DNA of 55,604 nucleotides, from the sequence record PV081573.1; one strand, 5' to 3'. Source of the DNA: Acinetobacter phage vB_AbaM_3098. A model generated the notes under the pieces. It was not told the DNA's origin, did not search any database, and saw only the letters and a list, made by a program, of their open reading frames with translations. Below are positions 37,247-46,977 of this stretch, one piece after another; positions within the stretch are counted from its first letter, which is position 1; every line of letters starts with the position of its first letter. The position numbers were made by a program, and so were the translations under genes.

Positions 37247-37918
37247 ATGTCAATGAACAACTTATTTGCTAACTTAAACCAAAACTTCATGAACCAAATG
37301 TTCCGTCGAGTAGAAAATGTGGTTTGGGATTTAAGTACTGGCGCAGTTGGCATCTTAACTAAAGATGACTGTATCGCAACTTTCGACTTCCCTGCTCTTG
37401 AGCCAGTTAATGAAGATGCATCTGAAACTCCAGAACTGACTTGTGCAATGGATGGTCAGGTAACTTTAAATCCAATGGCAACGTTGTCTATGGCACTTCC
37501 AGCTTACGGTCAAAAGATTCCTGCAAATCAAGTTAAGCTTGGTGACATTGTGGTTAATAACCGTGGTGAAGCTAGTGGCTGGGTTTGTGAAATCAAGAAA
37601 AATGGTAGCTTTGGAATTCAGAAAACTGATGGCAATACAACTAACTTTAATCCTCCTAAAGTTAATGTAATTGGCATGGGCAATCAAGATGGCGTAATGG
37701 TAGTTCGTACATTGATGAGCACTTCTGGAACTGATCTTGGTGGTTTCAAAGATATGCTTATGCCAATCATGATGATGTCAGGAGGCAACCTAGATGAAAA
37801 TAAGCTTGACAAGTTAATGCCTATGTTGTTGATGGGTGGAATGAATGGCAGCAATAACAACATGATGCAAATGATGTTGATGATGCAAATGATGAATGGA
37901 AGTAAATCTCCTTTTTAA
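37247..37918 (+). CDS. hypothetical protein with methionine-rich C-terminal low-complexity tail
   Basis: C-terminus MLMPIMMMSGGNLDENKLDKLMPMLLMGGMNGSNNNMMQMMLMMQMMNGS. Confidence 0.5.
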   Translation: MSMNNLFANLNQNFMNQMFRRVENVVWDLSTGAVGILTKDDCIATFDFPALEPVNEDASETPELTCAMDGQVTLNPMATLSMALPAYGQKIPANQVKLGDIVVNNRGEASGWVCEIKKNGSFGIQKTDGNTTNFNPPKVNVIGMGNQDGVMVVRTLMSTSGTDLGGFKDMLMPIMMMSGGNLDENKLDKLMPMLLMGGMNGSNNNMMQMMLMMQMMNGSKSPF

Positions 37919-38073
37919 GTGCTAATTCTCGAGTAGAAGAGAAATTTAAATTTCAGGATAGAGCATTAGTCGAATTAAAGATTGATGCTCTTCGAGAATT
38001 AGCAACTTCATTCCAAAGATTATCTCTCAAATCTTTAGAAGGTTTAGATTCTATTGATATAGCAGTTGGAAGT

Positions 38074-38904
38074 ATGATTGAGGTAATCTTAGATTACAAT
38101 TTATATCCTGAAAAACGATGTCTTGTTAATCAAGATTTGAAAATCGTAGCTAAAATAAAAGCACCTAAAGGAAAGGCAGGTGTTTCATATGGTTGGCTAG
38201 TTAGACACTCTAAAAATGATTTTATGTTATACGAGAATGATGTAGCTCTCCGAGTTACTCATACTGTAGTTGGCATGAGATTTGGAGATTATTCTGACAA
38301 GTATAAAAATCTTCATGGACTTCATGTCCAGAAGCTTCTTTCAATGGGAACTGAAAGAGATCAAGTAGAGTTCAAACCTCAAATTGGTAATAAAGCAGAT
38401 CCATTAGCGGTAGTTCTTCAAGATAATTCAGGAGAGATATTTGGCTGGATGGCTAAGACATCTCCAGGAGCTGGCGATACAATTAAACATAGAAGCTGGA
38501 TTCATAAAGGAGTCATCAAGACTATTGTTAGCACAATAGACATGGATCCAGTTCAGAAGAGAGGTCAGGAGTCTGTTAAGGTTTATTGCACAGTAGAGCC
38601 AACTCACTTTATGGATGAGTTTAGTTATAACTCTAAGAAGTTGAGTGAGAAGCTTCGCAAGGAATCATTCCCTGTTGAAGCTTCCAGTGATGCTTATTAC
38701 ATAGGCAATCCTGAAACTATAAAGCCTAGAATTAGTTCTTGTGATCTATACGGAGCAGACTCCAACCCTTTTCATCGTTTATTAGATGAGAATGAAAACA
38801 AGAGAAGACAGATGCTGAGAGCTATGGCTGATCCAGACTATAGTGGCTCTGCTTCGATACCTGTAGATCCATTTGCTAACTTGGTCAAGCCTTGGGAGTC
38901 TTAA
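38074..38904 (+). CDS. hypothetical protein (276 aa)
   Basis: ORF. Confidence 0.5.
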   Translation: MIEVILDYNLYPEKRCLVNQDLKIVAKIKAPKGKAGVSYGWLVRHSKNDFMLYENDVALRVTHTVVGMRFGDYSDKYKNLHGLHVQKLLSMGTERDQVEFKPQIGNKADPLAVVLQDNSGEIFGWMAKTSPGAGDTIKHRSWIHKGVIKTIVSTIDMDPVQKRGQESVKVYCTVEPTHFMDEFSYNSKKLSEKLRKESFPVEASSDAYYIGNPETIKPRISSCDLYGADSNPFHRLLDENENKRRQMLRAMADPDYSGSASIPVDPFANLVKPWES

Positions 38905-38949
38905 AGCTGTTTCTTAAAGACTTCTAGAACCTGTTAAGGTATGAGGCGG
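38903..38949 (+). promoter_or_regulatory. bipartite motif AAAGCTGTTTCTTAAAG...GAACCTGTTAAGGTATGAGGCGG with hairpin; putative promoter
   Basis: Both halves present; hairpin ggcg-gttgt-cgcc; upstream of ATG 38988. Confidence 0.5.
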
Positions 38950-38987
38950 TTGTCGCCAAGTTCTTAACAGTGTTCGGAGTTTACATT

Positions 38988-39323
38988 ATGTCTACAGTTG
39001 AAATCTTAAAAGCTAATATCGAAGCTTGCTATTCTGATCTTAAAACAGTTCTTCATTATTGCCCAGTGCATCTTGAGAACTACGATATCCGATTAGGTTA
39101 TAAATCTTTTGAGAAAGAGGGAATGCCTGAAGTAAGAGTTCGCTGGAACAGTTGGCAGAAGAAGGTTGAGGTCAGCATGAGTAGTACAACTATGACAGCT
39201 GAGTCTATGTTAGAACTATCTAAGGTTCTGATGGAAATCTCCCAGAACATACAGATGATTGAGCATCGTCTTAGCACAGTTGAGGCTTTAAGAAATCAAC
39301 TTCTAGAACTTTCTCGTGCTTAA
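38988..39323 (+). CDS. hypothetical protein (111 aa)
   Basis: ATG at 38988 with RBS ggag, downstream of promoter-like motif 38927-38949; terminator follows. Confidence 0.5.
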   Translation: MSTVEILKANIEACYSDLKTVLHYCPVHLENYDIRLGYKSFEKEGMPEVRVRWNSWQKKVEVSMSSTTMTAESMLELSKVLMEISQNIQMIEHRLSTVEALRNQLLELSRA

Positions 39324-39330
39324 TCTACTA

Positions 39331-39352
39331 GGGAGCTTCGGCTCCCTTTTCT
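39331..39352 (+). terminator. rho-independent terminator
   Basis: gggagc-ttcg-gctccc followed by ttttct. Confidence 0.75.
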
Positions 39353-39366
39353 ATTGGAGAATCATT

Positions 39367-39651
39367 ATGAAACTAAGATTGAATCCTGCACTTATTGCAG
39401 AAAAGGAAGTTGTTCGCAAACATGGCATAATAAAAAGTTTACATTCTGGAATAAAGAATGGAATGTATTTAGCCACAGACACAATGGTTAAAATACAAAA
39501 TGTTAACTGGGAGGAATTCCAGAAGACATGTGCAACTGCTATATTCAGTGGAGTAGATGAGGGATTCGTTAAAGTTTATTTCCAGATGACTGAGTTTATG
39601 CACAAAGAAATTTACAAAGAGTGGCAATCTCAAACAGGAGTGAAAATCTAA
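39367..39651 (+). CDS. hypothetical protein (94 aa)
   Basis: ATG at 39367 with RBS ggag, after terminator 39331-39352. Confidence 0.45.
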   Translation: MKLRLNPALIAEKEVVRKHGIIKSLHSGIKNGMYLATDTMVKIQNVNWEEFQKTCATAIFSGVDEGFVKVYFQMTEFMHKEIYKEWQSQTGVKI

Positions 39652-39959
39652 TGAAATTAACTAATATATTAGCTGTAACGCTGATTTCTTTATCTACATT
39701 AACATATGCAGCTTCAGAAAAAGAAGTTAAAGTACCTCGTAAAATGACGGTATTAGATTTCTACCCTTCTCAGCGTCAAGTTCCTGCAGCTCGCTGGAAG
39801 GCAGTGCTTCGAGACAATACAACTGGTAAGGTAATCAGAACTGGTATTCTATGTAAATGGTTCAGAGCAGTTCCTGTAGAAAATGGTACTATAATCACAG
39901 TTCCATATAATCCTAAGACAAACGAATATGATGTATCTTGTGGTCATTTTGTAAAGTAA
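39651..39959 (+). CDS. secreted protein (102 aa)
   Basis: MKLTNILAVTLISLSTLTYAAS has a signal peptide. Confidence 0.5.
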   Translation: MKLTNILAVTLISLSTLTYAASEKEVKVPRKMTVLDFYPSQRQVPAARWKAVLRDNTTGKVIRTGILCKWFRAVPVENGTIITVPYNPKTNEYDVSCGHFVK

Positions 39960-39971
39960 GGTAGAATTAAA

Positions 39972-40826
39972 ATGAAATTAGTGTTCCGTAAAAGTCGTAA
40001 TGGTGAAGGTTTCGTTTCCAATATCAATGGCATAGTGGTCTTAATGAGAGATGGCAGCGAAGGTGAACATGATATTATGTTTACTGGAGTTGCAAAATCT
40101 GGTAAAGCTTTGTTCGCTAAGATTATTACAGATCAAGTAAAACGAGTTCAGTCTAAGGGATTCTCACGTGTAGGTCATATGTGTTGTGATAGTGCAGATT
40201 TCGTTGAATATGTTCAGTGGGCAGAAAAAGAAGTTTGGACTGAATTCACTCCTGGATTGTTGCACCAGCACTTGTATATTTCCAGTAACAATTTTAACAG
40301 AATAGCGCCTGTGTTAGAAGGTACTTTCTATATTACACTGTATAAAGGCGATTGGAAATGTGCTGGAGTTGAAGATTACACCTTGTTCAGAGAATTTGTA
40401 ACTAAGAACAAACAGTTCCTTGAATTCTTTGAGAAGAAACGATTCCACGTGGGTGACATTATTCAGACAGATTACTGGGGTCATCTGTTCATTTACAAGA
40501 TTATTTCAATGAATGAAGAATTCCCTTACGATAATATTGTAATTGAAGCTATACGAAAACAGCTTAGTAATAATGACCAAGAGCCTAACTGGACTACAAT
40601 GAATATTGGAGATGGACACGGTTATAAGAAGGTTACTTGCGATAGTAAAGAAGTTGTGCTTTCAAATGGAAAAAGAGTTCTGTTGGAGATTAAGCATGAG
40701 CAAGAATTATACTCTACAGCTAAAATACAAGCTGCTTTCCCAGAATTAGATATTGTGTCAGTTCCTTATTATGAGAATAAATCTTATGAAAGAATCTGGA
40801 CTAAAGCTGAAGGAGTTGTGTCATGA
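39972..40826 (+). CDS. hypothetical protein (284 aa)
   Basis: ORF. Confidence 0.5.
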   Translation: MKLVFRKSRNGEGFVSNINGIVVLMRDGSEGEHDIMFTGVAKSGKALFAKIITDQVKRVQSKGFSRVGHMCCDSADFVEYVQWAEKEVWTEFTPGLLHQHLYISSNNFNRIAPVLEGTFYITLYKGDWKCAGVEDYTLFREFVTKNKQFLEFFEKKRFHVGDIIQTDYWGHLFIYKIISMNEEFPYDNIVIEAIRKQLSNNDQEPNWTTMNIGDGHGYKKVTCDSKEVVLSNGKRVLLEIKHEQELYSTAKIQAAFPELDIVSVPYYENKSYERIWTKAEGVVS

Positions 40827-41122
40827 GTCTAGTTACAGCTATGTTTAAACCAGAAGGTCAACACTATAAGATAGTTTGCTTTGCTGGCATCAATCTCAAA
40901 CTGCAACTAGGGTTTGAGTGGTTATTTATGAAAGACGGAGTTCTTTATGCTAGTGTAGCTGAGCCTCATTATTCAGTAGACGAGAACACTGGCGAGTGGT
41001 TTTGGTTTGTATATGATTCTGACTATTGCGTAAAACAGATTACAGTTGGTGAATTCAAGTTTATTAACAATGGTACTGTAGATGAGACTAAAATTAAAGT
41101 TTACATCGGAGAAATGACATGA
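40823..41122 (+). CDS. hypothetical protein (99 aa)
   Basis: ORF with overlapping stop/start. Confidence 0.45.
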   Translation: MSLVTAMFKPEGQHYKIVCFAGINLKLQLGFEWLFMKDGVLYASVAEPHYSVDENTGEWFWFVYDSDYCVKQITVGEFKFINNGTVDETKIKVYIGEMT

Positions 41123-41358
41123 GCAAGAAGATAGTTATATCAGATTGCTCTTCATGTCCACATAAGGATCATCGAGGTGGCTTCGGTAATCCTTCGTATG
41201 TTCCAGTTTGTAGATTGAAAAATAAGAATCTGGGATATAAGAAGGAGGTCAATTCAAGAGGAACTGGAATCACAGCTGTATATGATGGCAAAATTCCAAA
41301 CTGGTGTCCACTTCCAGACAATATTGAATTAATTCCTATTAATGGATCTACTCTATGA
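41119..41358 (+). CDS. small Cys-containing protein (79 aa)
   Basis: CSSCPHKDH...VCRL...NWCP cysteine pattern. Confidence 0.4.
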   Translation: MSKKIVISDCSSCPHKDHRGGFGNPSYVPVCRLKNKNLGYKKEVNSRGTGITAVYDGKIPNWCPLPDNIELIPINGSTL

Positions 41359-41750
41359 ATACCATGTCTTCTATTGACCAATCCTCTTATTTTCCAATAG
41401 ATGGAAATGCTTCTGAATGGAACGGAAGGCAAATCGGCTATTTGATTGGCAGAGCTTACCAGACTATTGAACGACAAGTAAGTACCAATTCTGAATTCTA
41501 CAAATCTATAAGATATGAAGAAGTTAAACATAAGTTAATTAAAAATATTGGGAATGGAAAGAAATTCGTCCCTCAAGTTATACAGTTCAAAGTTAGAACT
41601 TTGATTATGTCAAAGGAGGACTGGATAACATATCTATTAACTAATAAGAACAAATTCCAACTAGACTTAACTAGACAGCTGAGAGCTGGATGGAATTATG
41701 AAGAACTTCGTCTTGAAGATAAACGTGTAATTTATGAGGAAAAGGAATGA
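41355..41750 (+). CDS. hypothetical protein (131 aa)
   Basis: ORF. Confidence 0.45.
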   Translation: MNTMSSIDQSSYFPIDGNASEWNGRQIGYLIGRAYQTIERQVSTNSEFYKSIRYEEVKHKLIKNIGNGKKFVPQVIQFKVRTLIMSKEDWITYLLTNKNKFQLDLTRQLRAGWNYEELRLEDKRVIYEEKE

Positions 41751-42007
41751 AAAAGTTTATATCAACATCAGTCTTCGCAGCTGCATTACTAATTGTAGGT
41801 GCATGCTCAAACAATAACGGTCAAGTGCAAGCTGAGCCAGATTACTCAAAAGATGTTCTTACTACATTAGAAAGCGGCACTAAACTCTATCGTTACATCG
41901 ATTGCGAAAATAGCGTGGCTGTGTACTTTATGAATAGCTCTCGGTCTGGCGTTGCGGTAGTTAATAATGTGGAATTAAATTTAATTAAAAAGAAGTGTGG
42001 TAAATAA
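41747..42007 (+). CDS. lipoprotein (86 aa)
   Basis: MKKFISTSVFAAALLIVGAC has a lipobox VGAC. Confidence 0.5.
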   Translation: MKKFISTSVFAAALLIVGACSNNNGQVQAEPDYSKDVLTTLESGTKLYRYIDCENSVAVYFMNSSRSGVAVVNNVELNLIKKKCGK

Positions 42008-42008
42008 T

Positions 42009-42437
42009 ATGCAAAATCCTAACATTAAATACATGAACAAACCTTCATTCCGTTTCTATGTTGACATCAGTAATAGAAATCCAAAAGAACTTCGTGACTT
42101 AGCTTTGCATCTGGCAAAGTTAGGAGCAATTAGCAGTTCGCATTCACACACTTTGAGAAAGTTAACTTCAGATGATCCTGAGAAGTTAGCAATTAAGTTA
42201 GGTAACCAACTTGTCAGAGGTGTGGAAAAGGATAAGAAATTAACTAAGTCTAAGTTCAAAAATCGTTTCTATCACATTCTGAAAGTAAGATACTTACCTA
42301 TTTATGATGCTTGGGAAGCTCAGGTTACTGACATGCGTGAATATAGTGAAGACGGAAATGTATACTGCCTTGACTATAACGTTATTATGCGAACTAAGAA
42401 ACTTGTGCCAGAAGACAAGTTTTGGACTCTAACTTAG
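42009..42437 (+). CDS. hypothetical protein (142 aa)
   Basis: ATG at 42009. Confidence 0.4.
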   Translation: MQNPNIKYMNKPSFRFYVDISNRNPKELRDLALHLAKLGAISSSHSHTLRKLTSDDPEKLAIKLGNQLVRGVEKDKKLTKSKFKNRFYHILKVRYLPIYDAWEAQVTDMREYSEDGNVYCLDYNVIMRTKKLVPEDKFWTLT

Positions 42438-42523
42438 TTTAGAAGCTGTTGTTTATAGTTGAACAATTATATGCATTTCTGGATGAGATGCATATTGTGG
42501 TTTAATTGTAATATGAGATTAAT

Positions 42524-42946
42524 ATGATTCCAGTAATGCAAGACAAATTCGGATATGGCGGTAATTGTATGAGTGCAGCTATCGCTAGTATGCTTAATAA
42601 AACTCTAGATCAAGTTCCTTATTTTGCTGAAGGTCTTACTGACCAGACTAAAGATGAAGAAAATGCTAAAATATTCTTTAACCGAATTAAGGAATATTTA
42701 GAGAAGCTAGGTTGCGAACTTCTCTGGTATCCATTAGATCAGAAAGATTTCAAAGAGAAGATTATTGATGCTGGAAGTTACTATTTAGTTTCAGGTAAAT
42801 CTCCTCGCGGTTATTCACATGTAGTTATTTATAGAAATGGTGAATTGGCACATGATCCTCATCCTGAAGGTGGCGGTGTTATTCCGGAACACGTGGGTGC
42901 ATTATTTTCATTAGAGAACTTAGTGAAAATAAGTGGAGAAATCTAA
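42524..42946 (+). CDS. papain-like cysteine peptidase candidate (C39-like fold)
   Basis: QDKFGYGGNCMSAAIASML resembles the C39 Q..CG.A.LAM catalytic Cys region; downstream His (YSHVVIY) and AHDPHPE. Confidence 0.35.
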   Translation: MIPVMQDKFGYGGNCMSAAIASMLNKTLDQVPYFAEGLTDQTKDEENAKIFFNRIKEYLEKLGCELLWYPLDQKDFKEKIIDAGSYYLVSGKSPRGYSHVVIYRNGELAHDPHPEGGGVIPEHVGALFSLENLVKISGEI

Positions 42947-43224
42947 TGAACATTGAAATAAGTAATAATGAAGATCTAACTAGAAAATATTTAGAAGAAT
43001 GGGTGGGTATTGCTCTTAATCAAGAGAAATATAACCCAGAACCATTTCCTAATATTACTGTAGGAGATGTCGTAACTAAGGAACATAATCCAGAGCTATA
43101 TGAGAAACTAAAAGACAAATTACATTGTCGTATAACTTCCGCTGAAATTCACACTAGAGATGATCTTGGAACTCCAACACATGTAACTTTCAAGTATGAG
43201 GAATTTAAAGATGCCAAAAAGTGA
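42946..43224 (+). CDS. hypothetical protein (92 aa)
   Basis: ORF. Confidence 0.4.
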   Translation: MNIEISNNEDLTRKYLEEWVGIALNQEKYNPEPFPNITVGDVVTKEHNPELYEKLKDKLHCRITSAEIHTRDDLGTPTHVTFKYEEFKDAKK

Positions 43225-43558
43225 CATAGTTTACAGATCTGTCTGGTTGGAGCCTGCACGTAGACTTCCTACAATGCTGCTAGATCCAATCCATCTTCAT
43301 TTAACGAAGATGACTGAATCAAGTGGTCGAATCATGTATGCTGTAATGGCAACTAGAACTGACCCAGAAGCTAAGGCATTTAATCCTATTTTAAATAGTT
43401 GGCAAGTGTCTGGTGGATATGATTGCCTAGAGCAAGTCTGGTTTAATGCAAGTTTATTTGCCAGATTCATTGGACATAGGATGGAGCAGATCAAATTGCC
43501 TGATAATTTAACTCCAGAAGAAATTGAATTGGTGAAAACATGCAGACACCTGAATTAG
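43211..43558 (+). CDS. hypothetical protein (115 aa)
   Basis: ATG at 43211 with RBS gagga. Confidence 0.4.
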   Translation: MPKSDIVYRSVWLEPARRLPTMLLDPIHLHLTKMTESSGRIMYAVMATRTDPEAKAFNPILNSWQVSGGYDCLEQVWFNASLFARFIGHRMEQIKLPDNLTPEEIELVKTCRHLN

Positions 43559-44016
43559 ACACATATGCCAAAGTTCTTCTCAACAGAGCTGAAAGAAATT
43601 TAAGGGATATGATTGAGAAAGAAGAGCGTGAAGCTAAGACTACTTATGAAGAATTCCTCGGAATGGTTAAGTTCGAGAATGGTAGAGCTTTAATTGGAGG
43701 TTATACTGCGTCTCTTATTGGTAGTGATCAATCTAAGAAGCCTTACTTTTATGAGGATATTAGCTTCACCTTAGTTATGAAATTCAAAGATCAACTTGAA
43801 AAAGATGGATACAGAATCATAACTCTGGATGAATCAACCAATTTCTTCAGAATCAAAAATAACAGATATATTTATCAGCCTAAGCAAAGCTTCAGAATCT
43901 GGCGTGAATTAAACCCAATTAAGTATGCATTGTATTGTTATTTAGGCTTAATTATTTCTATATTAATTATGGTTAGTGTAATAGTCTATCGCCAGTCCTT
44001 ATTAAATTTGAATTGA
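43540..44016 (+). CDS. C-terminally membrane-anchored protein (158 aa)
   Basis: C-terminal TM helix YALYCYLGLIISILIMVSVIVY. Confidence 0.45.
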   Translation: MQTPELDTYAKVLLNRAERNLRDMIEKEEREAKTTYEEFLGMVKFENGRALIGGYTASLIGSDQSKKPYFYEDISFTLVMKFKDQLEKDGYRIITLDESTNFFRIKNNRYIYQPKQSFRIWRELNPIKYALYCYLGLIISILIMVSVIVYRQSLLNLN

Positions 44017-44158
44017 GAATCTAATTAAATCATAGATATAAGATTGAGACAGTTACTGTTGATTCTCGTAATGACGAAATTTTAAACTTGCTCCCTTAAA
44101 TCATCTCAAGAGCTGTTTATATTGAAGAACAGCTCAACTACAACTGGAGTGAACACTT

Positions 44159-44800
44159 ATGTTCAAACAATTATGGCTCTCTATTAAGGGTGCATTCCGC
44201 AATACCGTTAATGAAAATACTGACCTTCGTACTGCAGGTCGTGAACACATTTATTCAATTAAGCAAAGCATTGAAGAAGTTCGTGCTCAACGCAATGCCT
44301 TAGCTGGGGATGGAATTTTAGCTGAACGTGAAGTTGAATCACTTGAAGCTAAAGTTAAAGAATTCACTGAAGCAGTTAAGTACTATAATAACACTAATGA
44401 CACAATTTTACGTGATAAGTCATATGAAAAATACAAAGAATATGAACTTAAGTTAGGTAAAGCACGTCAACGTGTAGCTGACATTAAAGCTCAGGTAGAT
44501 AAACTTGATGCTCAAATTGCACAGTTAGGCTCAAGCACTGACAATGCTAAATTCGAACTTGACAAAGCTGCATCTGAACAACTCGTAGGGAAAGCTTCCC
44601 ACAAAGTAGAGCAAATCCATTCTGACATCACTAATGGACCACTTGGCGGAGTTATCGAAACTGCTTCTCGTAAAGCTGCAACTGCTGAAGCTAGCCGTAT
44701 TGCACGTGAAGATAACGATGAGTCTAAACTTCTTGATTTCGCTAATGCAACTAAGGTGAAATCTATGGACGACATCCTTGGAGCTAAAAGTGAAGCTTAA
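44159..44800 (+). CDS. PspA/IM30 (Vipp1, ESCRT-III-like) family protein candidate
   Basis: N-terminus MFKQLWLSIKGAFRNTVNENTD..IYSIKQSIEEVRAQRNALAG parallels PspA [38 protein letters not shown]; whole protein is coiled-coil rich. Confidence 0.45.
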   Translation: MFKQLWLSIKGAFRNTVNENTDLRTAGREHIYSIKQSIEEVRAQRNALAGDGILAEREVESLEAKVKEFTEAVKYYNNTNDTILRDKSYEKYKEYELKLGKARQRVADIKAQVDKLDAQIAQLGSSTDNAKFELDKAASEQLVGKASHKVEQIHSDITNGPLGGVIETASRKAATAEASRIAREDNDESKLLDFANATKVKSMDDILGAKSEA

Positions 44801-45503
44801 GTCTATTATTCTAGGCGCTTTAATCAGCTTAGGTAGTTTAGCTACCTTCGCTGCTGTGCCAACCGTAGCTGAAGTAGAGTCAACGATTGCATCTGGTGAT
44901 TACACTAAAGCTAAGACTCAACTTAAAGAAGTTATTGCAAAGAATCCAGATTCTATTGTAGCTAATAAATACATGCTTGAAGTTCTAAGTATTGAATATG
45001 CTGGATCATTAAAGCCAAGTGTAGAATATAAGCTCTATGAAGCTAACCTTAATAAAGCTCTGGCAGATAAGGCTGAGAAAGCATATCAGAAAGCTCTAGC
45101 AGAACAAGCTAAAGCTGAACGTGAACGCAAACAGAAATTCTGGAAAGGTGTTAGAACTGCAATTAGTATTGTGGTAGTTATAGCTCTAATTTTCTTTTTC
45201 TGCATGTTTGCAGTTCCTAAGATTAAACAGCGTCAGGCTGAGATTAAGTTGAAGAAAGAACTTGAAGTCTGGAAGAGTAAAGCCACTGAAGATATGGTTC
45301 ATATCAATTCAGTTCTCAGTACTTACCTCGAGGATTCTCAAGGTTCAACTTATGTAAGTACCTATCGATTAGCGACACTTCTGAAAGAAGACAATTTGGA
45401 AGCTCTGGATGCAATTAAGAATAATGATTACAATAGATTAACTATTGAACGCCATATTCGAGATGCATATGGATTCTTCGACACACATGGAATTGAACAA
45501 TGA
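44790..45503 (+). CDS. membrane protein with signal peptide, internal TM helix and coiled coil
   Basis: Probable GTG start at 44790 with RBS ggag. Signal peptide MKLKSIILGALISLGSLATFAAV; TM helix ISIVVVIALIFFFCMFAV. Confidence 0.4.
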   Translation: MKLKSIILGALISLGSLATFAAVPTVAEVESTIASGDYTKAKTQLKEVIAKNPDSIVANKYMLEVLSIEYAGSLKPSVEYKLYEANLNKALADKAEKAYQKALAEQAKAERERKQKFWKGVRTAISIVVVIALIFFFCMFAVPKIKQRQAEIKLKKELEVWKSKATEDMVHINSVLSTYLEDSQGSTYVSTYRLATLLKEDNLEALDAIKNNDYNRLTIERHIRDAYGFFDTHGIEQ

Positions 45504-46174
45504 AAAAGTTATTAGCAATTGCGTTACTAGTATGTATGCCTCTTACTGCAGTATCAGAAGTATATGCTAAGAGTTCATTCTCATCTTCACGTTCATCTAG
45601 CTCAAATCGATTCTCTAGTTCATCAAGTCAATCTTCACGTTACCAGAGTGCTTCAGCTAGCTATAACTCAACTACATCTAAGCCTAGTTACACTGCATCT
45701 AAACCATCCAGTTCAACTACTTATACATATAGTAAACCTTCTTCAAGTTATAGTTCAAGCAGTTCGTCTCGAACTTCAAGTAGCTCTAATCGTTCACGTT
45801 CATATAGCAGTTCTCCGAGCTATCGTTCATCAAGTAGTTCATCTGGTTCAGGTGCAGCTACGGCAGCAGCTATTGGAGCAGTGGCAGCACTAGCAACTAC
45901 GGCAGTTATTGCAGCTTCTGAAGATGATGAGAATGATTACGATAATGAGGTTCAACGTGCTGAACAAGCTAGACTTGAAGCTAAGGCTCGAGAAGAAGCT
46001 CGTCAGGAAAAGCTAGCTGCTGAAAGAAAACGAAAAGATGAAGCTGCAGCAAAAGTGGCAGCTGAGAAGAAGGCTAAGGAAGACTGGTTGAATATGACAC
46101 CAGATCAACGAATGGCTATTCAAATTAAGAAAATGTGGATCGCGCCATGTAAAGAATGGATGTGTCAAAACTAA
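45500..46174 (+). CDS. secreted/membrane protein with roughly 110-aa Ser/Tyr/Thr-rich low-complexity region, a TM helix and a charged KEA-rich tail
   Basis: Signal peptide MKKLLAIALLVCMPLTAVSEVYA; then S-rich SSSRSSSSNRFSSSSSQSS...; then GSGAATAAAIGAVAALATTAVIAA; then a coiled-coil tail. Terminator follows. Confidence 0.55.
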   Translation: MKKLLAIALLVCMPLTAVSEVYAKSSFSSSRSSSSNRFSSSSSQSSRYQSASASYNSTTSKPSYTASKPSSSTTYTYSKPSSSYSSSSSSRTSSSSNRSRSYSSSPSYRSSSSSSGSGAATAAAIGAVAALATTAVIAASEDDENDYDNEVQRAEQARLEAKAREEARQEKLAAERKRKDEAAAKVAAEKKAKEDWLNMTPDQRMAIQIKKMWIAPCKEWMCQN

Positions 46175-46179
46175 GAATA

Positions 46180-46204
46180 AGCTTCCTCAGGGAAGCTATT
46201 TTAA
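46180..46204 (+). terminator. rho-independent terminator
   Basis: agcttcc-tcag-ggaagct followed by atttt. Confidence 0.6.
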
Positions 46205-46274
46205 CGCCAGAACAGCTCATGGAAAGTGTCGCCAAAAGCTGTTTAGCTTGTGATAGTGTAATAGAGTAAATAAT

Positions 46275-46538
46275 ATGAAATTAGTTATGGTACTTTACGT
46301 TAACGGAATTAGAACCGACAAAGAAGTTGATCTTAATCGTTTAAATGATATACTTTCTATTGAAGATTCTGAATATGAAATTGACCCTAGAAGCGAGTGG
46401 GCTCAGCAGGTAGGTGCATCTCAAGATCATCAAGAACTTCTGAAGTTAAACATAAGCGATATTCCACATGAATGGAAGATTGAAACTCAGTCTGAGCGTG
46501 GTGATGAACTTCCAGAAGGTTGGAGTAGAAACGAATGA
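46275..46538 (+). CDS. hypothetical protein (87 aa)
   Basis: ORF. Confidence 0.4.
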   Translation: MKLVMVLYVNGIRTDKEVDLNRLNDILSIEDSEYEIDPRSEWAQQVGASQDHQELLKLNISDIPHEWKIETQSERGDELPEGWSRNE

Positions 46539-46753
46539 GTATAGCTCAGCATACAATAGCAATGTTTCTGGCATTAACTGTATTTGTTACTTTCCTATGC
46601 GGATTGTCTGGTATAATTATAGTTAAGCACAAGACACTTGAAAGTTTCAAACCAATTCACATAATTATTTATGTTTGGTTATTCATCATGTCATTTGTAG
46701 TCTTAATAACTGTACTGCAATTTCTTGAAAGATTAAGATGGAGTACAATGTGA
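46535..46753 (+). CDS. small two-TM membrane protein (holin-like candidate)
   Basis: Two hydrophobic helices: AMFLALTVFVTFLCGLSGIIIV and IIIYVWLFIMSFVVLITVL. Confidence 0.4.
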   Translation: MSIAQHTIAMFLALTVFVTFLCGLSGIIIVKHKTLESFKPIHIIIYVWLFIMSFVVLITVLQFLERLRWSTM

Positions 46754-46977
46754 AATTATCTTCTAAAATTAGACTCGGATTTCTTGAGCATTTCTTTAAA
46801 GATAATAATCCTAAGAAAGAGTATCACTGTCTTAATACAGATGTGGTAATGTTTAGAACAGAACGTCCTAATGAAGTAGTTCTTCGAGTAAACAGAAATG
46901 CAGATCTCAAGATTCATGTTGTTGATCAAGATGGAGAAGTTCTAGCCTTAGTCAAAACTGGAGGTTTGCGTGAGTGA
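46738..46977 (+). CDS. hypothetical protein (79 aa)
   Basis: ORF. Confidence 0.4.
   Translation: MEYNVKLSSKIRLGFLEHFFKDNNPKKEYHCLNTDVVMFRTERPNEVVLRVNRNADLKIHVVDQDGEVLALVKTGGLRE

Noticed and set aside
45564-45893. 109-aa alternate-frame ORF (His/Leu/Val-rich)
   Set aside because: It lies inside the Ser-rich repetitive segment of the 45500-46174 gene, and the low-complexity repeats generate it.
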